Shown here: positions 38,546 to 64,000 of the stretch, in pieces | How the letters are laid out: the number at the start of each line of letters is the position of its first letter | Numbering within the stretch: the stretch's first letter is position 1 | NCBI RefSeq assembly: GCF_016433145.1 | Contig: NC_058133.1 | Coordinates: 475,339,889-475,403,888, forward strand | Direction: 5' to 3' | From: Gracilinanus agilis | Lineage: Eukaryota | Length of the DNA: 64,000 bases | Program-made: the position numbers and the translations under genes | Notes under the pieces: model-generated | What the model was told of the DNA's origin: nothing | The model's input: the letters and a program-made list of their open reading frames with translations, nothing else | Database searches by the model: none

Positions 38546-39099
38546 AGGTGGTGGTGTTTTTTATTTTTTAAAGGGCAGGGGCAGGACATTTCCATGACTC
38601 CAATAAAAAAGAAAAGGCATCAATAAAACATTTAAAAGCAATTAAATGTTTAATGAATGGGGGAGACATAGGTTTTTATAGGTTTTAGGAAAGTTAGGGG
38701 TGCATTGGATAATCTGGAATTAATCTCATTGATTGTTTCAGGGGGAAGGCAGTTGGTTCTGGTGATTGTATAGTTCTTAGCATGATACAGACTGTATAGT
38801 TCAGATTATCAATCCATTATAAATTTGTCAGGTCACAGCATGGGAAATAACAGTGTTCTATCAGGTGGAAGCACTGCCTTTGTTTTGCAGCTTCAACAGG
38901 TGCAGGGGAAGGTTGGGAAGGGAGGCTTTGGCCTACTAGGGGCCATCACTTGATATAACTCCTTTGCTCTAACTGCCATCTTGGTGGTGCAGGCCCTGTA
39001 ACTCACATTTGGATGGGGATCTGTCTGCCAAAAATCTCTCCCTCTCCCATTATTCTCCAGTCTATCATCCACTCAACAGTCAAACTGACCTTCCTAATG

Positions 39100-39830
39100 C
39101 ATAAATCTAGAGGGATTGGAATATATTCCCTGGACGAGATCGCTACTCTCTTTGCACTAGCTATGTACTTGAAACGTGCTTTCCTTATTATGTACATTTT
39201 ACCATTTCATAGCACAATATTCTGCATCAGGTTTGCACAACTGGACTCGGGACCGAAAGCGCAGGCTCCGCCACAAACCTGACTTTGCAAAGGAAGGGAA
39301 AAGCTTGCCAAGGCGAGTAGAGCCTCCAACCTCAGTTTCCCCTTCGGGAAAAAGCGAGAGCTTCCTACACAAGGGAAACTTCTGCCAACTCCATTTCCGT
39401 TTCCGGAAGCATGAGTTTCCGGTTTTTCCAAGAATATATATTTATGGGCGAATACTCCTGGCAATCGAGAGTCCTACTGGGCTTCGAAGGAGTTGTACGC
39501 ATGCGCCTCGGAGGGTGGGCGGTGGGAGAATGAAGCTAACTCTATTGCTCTTTAACCCTTCTCTCCCCCGTCACGTGCCAAGGGCGCCGGGCGGGAAGCC
39601 GCGTGGCGGAGGCAGCGGTAACGACGGCAAGCCGTAAGGTCGGACGACTTCCGGTTCCGGTGTAACGTTCGGGCTCCGTCTCAGGGGCTGAAGTTTGTGA
39701 GGTGAGTAGCGGGTTCGGCCCGGTGAGGGTGGCCATAGGGCCCCGGGGCTCAGCCTCCCCTTTCTGACCGCAGGCAGAACGTGGTTGGAGGTGGCGATTT
39801 GTGAGGCTAATGGGCCCAATGGAAAGTGGT
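39100..39830 (+). promoter_or_regulatory. PRPF3 CpG island promoter and non-coding exon 1 (ends 39701)
   Basis: CCGGAAG near 39403, NRF1-like TACGCATGCGCC 39496-39507, CACGTG 39572, GACTTCCGGTTCCGG near 39645-39659; donor GAG|GTGAGT 39702; exon 2 acceptor at 41720. Confidence 0.75.
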
Positions 39831-41772
39831 CGAGGAGAGTATTCTAAGGGGGAGTGGGGTGGCGGGGATTGTGGGGAGGAAAAGGGCGGGGGCGGGAAGG
39901 AAAAAAGACTTGGAGTGAGGTGAGCGGCGTGGGGAAAATGGGGATGGGGGTGGAGGTGGGGGTGAGTGATGGGGAGGGAGTTAGGTCAAAAGGGAAAGAA
40001 GAGCGCGTCTGGGGAAGCACTCCGAGAGATCAGCATTTATAACTGGACTGGAAGCTTCCACCCTTCGTATTCATGGGGGTGGGTGTCTTGACCGAAATAT
40101 GTTGTCATCTTCCCAGTGACAGTGTCTGTCCGAAAAGCTGATTTGTGTACCACCCACACTCATTGTTTGGTTTTCATATATATGAACTAGGATCTGGTGG
40201 TGAGGGTTTACTTTACGTGTGTTTAGCATTATATCTTAACAATATTCTAGACCTCTGAACACTTCGATGTGATGCTGCTGCTGTTTTTTTTCTTTTTTAA
40301 TTTTTTGAAGTGTTTACAAGTAAGATCACTATTAACTTGACTTGATCCTCACAACAGTTGTCCGGATAGGCAGACCCGTTCATTTTAATTCCTATTTTAC
40401 AGATATATACTGAGATCCAGAGAACTTAACTAACTTACCTAGTTAGTACTCTAGACAGCAATAACAGAATTCCTTCTAGTACCATGCCTGACCTCAGCCC
40501 CATGGTTTCCTTTGTGTATTTGAGTTTTTCCTTCTCTTGTCAGGAGTATATGTGGTCAAGTAGGAGTTTAGGAAGATAAATACGTTTTTTTAAAGCTAAA
40601 GTCCCTTAGGGTCAGGCTCCTCTGCTATAATAATTCATAGATGAATAAAACTGTTCATGAGTATTCTTTCATTAAGACATATGTTAGATACTCAGGTTCA
40701 GATTCTTAGTTTGTGTGTGGCCTTTCTTCTTTCATTTTTCTCTAAGATCTCTCCATTATGGTTTATTCCAAATTCAAAATAATAATTTGGTGGCAGAACA
40801 GAGAGCTTGTTACAGGCCTCCCCTGACCTGAAATGAAGACATTAATCAGCCTATTTCTCATAGAGAAAATATGTCTTAGGATATTTTCTCCTTTTCCTGT
40901 CCTGTAAGGAGAATACATAAGAAAATGGCCTGTGTCATCAAGGAGTTTATGATTTAGCTGGACAAGTAAAAGTATGAATATAAATGTCAGCCTTGCTTAG
41001 TAGAATGTTTTAGTAAGATCTGTTGTTCAGAAGAGTCCTTAATGATTTCTGTTTTCTCTGCTGAACCAGATAGGAGACTAGAAGGAAAGAATAGTCGAGA
41101 GAGGATATTCATACTCAGGTATGTGATCCATGTCTATCTAGGTTATGTCCCCTGCAAGTACCCCTCAGAATGGTCTTGTGTGTAATTATGGTCATATAAT
41201 ATTTAAGTGAAATTGAGATATAGGGACATGGAGATAAAAATCTGTAAAAGAATGTTCTTAAAGGTTGTAAGCCTTAATAAAATGGATTGCCCTTCCCATA
41301 AGGACTTCATGACCCACTGCTCTGTATTATCCCATAGAACAAGATTCTGTCTGAATGAAATTAGGAGAGGCAAGTCCTGAAGGCTACAGAATGGATAACT
41401 TCTGAAAGACTATTTCAGCCAAATTATGTATTATGTAATCTGCCAGGCTCTGTAGATGTAATAGTATCTGGAAAGAAGCACTAGAATACAGTACTTAAGC
41501 TCAATTCCCCCATAGTTAGTGTAAGAGATACTATCTTTTAGATTTTCTTTACAGAGATTGTTTCTGGGGGAAAGAATTTATCTACCTTTGTGGTGACTTG
41601 CTTAGGAATGTAGTAGGAGGTAGCCAGGGAAGAAGACATTTTTAGTAAAATAAACATCACCTTGTGTTTTTTTTTCAGTCTCTTATCCTTCCCATTCACA
41701 TTCTCCTAATTCATTCATAGGTGCTGTTAAGTATCCTAGTGTGTCTTCACTGTACCTTGTCCTTTCTTCTGA

Positions 41773-63466
<21,694 letters not shown>

Positions 63467-63717
63467 GAGAGCTACAGACCCCACCCATTCCTCTCCACTG
63501 CCTTTGTCCCTCCAGTTTCCCTTTATTTCTCCATCCCAACCTCTCTTATGTATGTTTCTGTGTGTCTCTGTGTGCGCACGTGTGTGTATACAAACACAAT
63601 CGTGCACATGTGTGAGAGATCTTTAAAAACTACCAGGCAGAACTGGGACTGAGGGAGAACTGCTCCATTCCCCAGTCTGCTCTAGTGCTGCCTTCCTTTT
63701 CCCTTTCTGTGCATATG

Positions 63718-63723
63718 ATTAAA
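63718..63723 (+). terminator. Probable PRPF3 poly(A) signal ATTAAA
   Basis: Variant hexamer about 250 nt after the stop, followed by T-rich sequence. Confidence 0.5.
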
Positions 63724-64000
63724 GAATTATTTTTAAACCTGGTATTGCATTTTTCACATATAGGTATTTAAAGGTACTTTTTTTACTCCAGTCTTGACAA
63801 ATATAATAGGGATGTTTTTATGATTGAAGCAGTAAAGACTAATATTTTTTGGAGCAGATTGGGGTAGTGAGTGAGGGAAGGAGAGTTGTACCTCATAGTA
63901 TCTCATTTCCTCAGTAGCATGTAGACAGCAAGAAAGTATGTGATTTCCTATCCAGGAAATTTCTAAGTCCTTCCTGGTGGAAAGAGAGATTGGTGGTGGG

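Noticed and set aside
39176-39819. 153-aa ORF and neighbours at the PRPF3 promoter
   Set aside because: CpG-island composition; non-ATG start; no homology recognised.
39850-39980. G-quadruplex-like runs in PRPF3 intron 1
   Set aside because: Typical of first introns near CpG islands; not distinctive.

Overview
Eukaryotic genomic DNA from a marsupial, most likely Monodelphis or another didelphid, judging by about 23 SINE1_Mdo-type copies and MAR1, RTE and hAT-Charlie elements. The window is syntenic with human 1q21: APH1A 5' UTR (minus, left edge), then C1orf54 (126 aa), CIART/CHRONO (390 aa), MRPS21 (87 aa) and PRPF3 (683 aa), all on +. All four CDSs were rebuilt by hand with GT-AG introns and no frame defects. 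The CIART promoter carries canonical E-boxes, E'-boxes, a D-box and CCAAT boxes. The main unexplained signal is on the minus strand from about 34.9 kb to 18.4 kb. It has a promoter-like motif cluster, four small exons with compatible phases, a 2.1-kb stop-poor exon-like segment, further exon-like segments on both sides of the MRPS21 promoter, and a possible poly(A) signal facing the CIART 3' end. This looks like a large, unrecognised, multi-exon gene, now disabled, interleaved antisense with MRPS21. I could not identify the protein, and this model is inference from hand translation. Secondary findings are a candidate PRPF3 poison exon, a CIART uORF, a fold-back hAT MITE, nested transposon layers, repeated L1 insertion at one site and a local inverted duplication. 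All comparisons to human proteins are from memory, not database searches.
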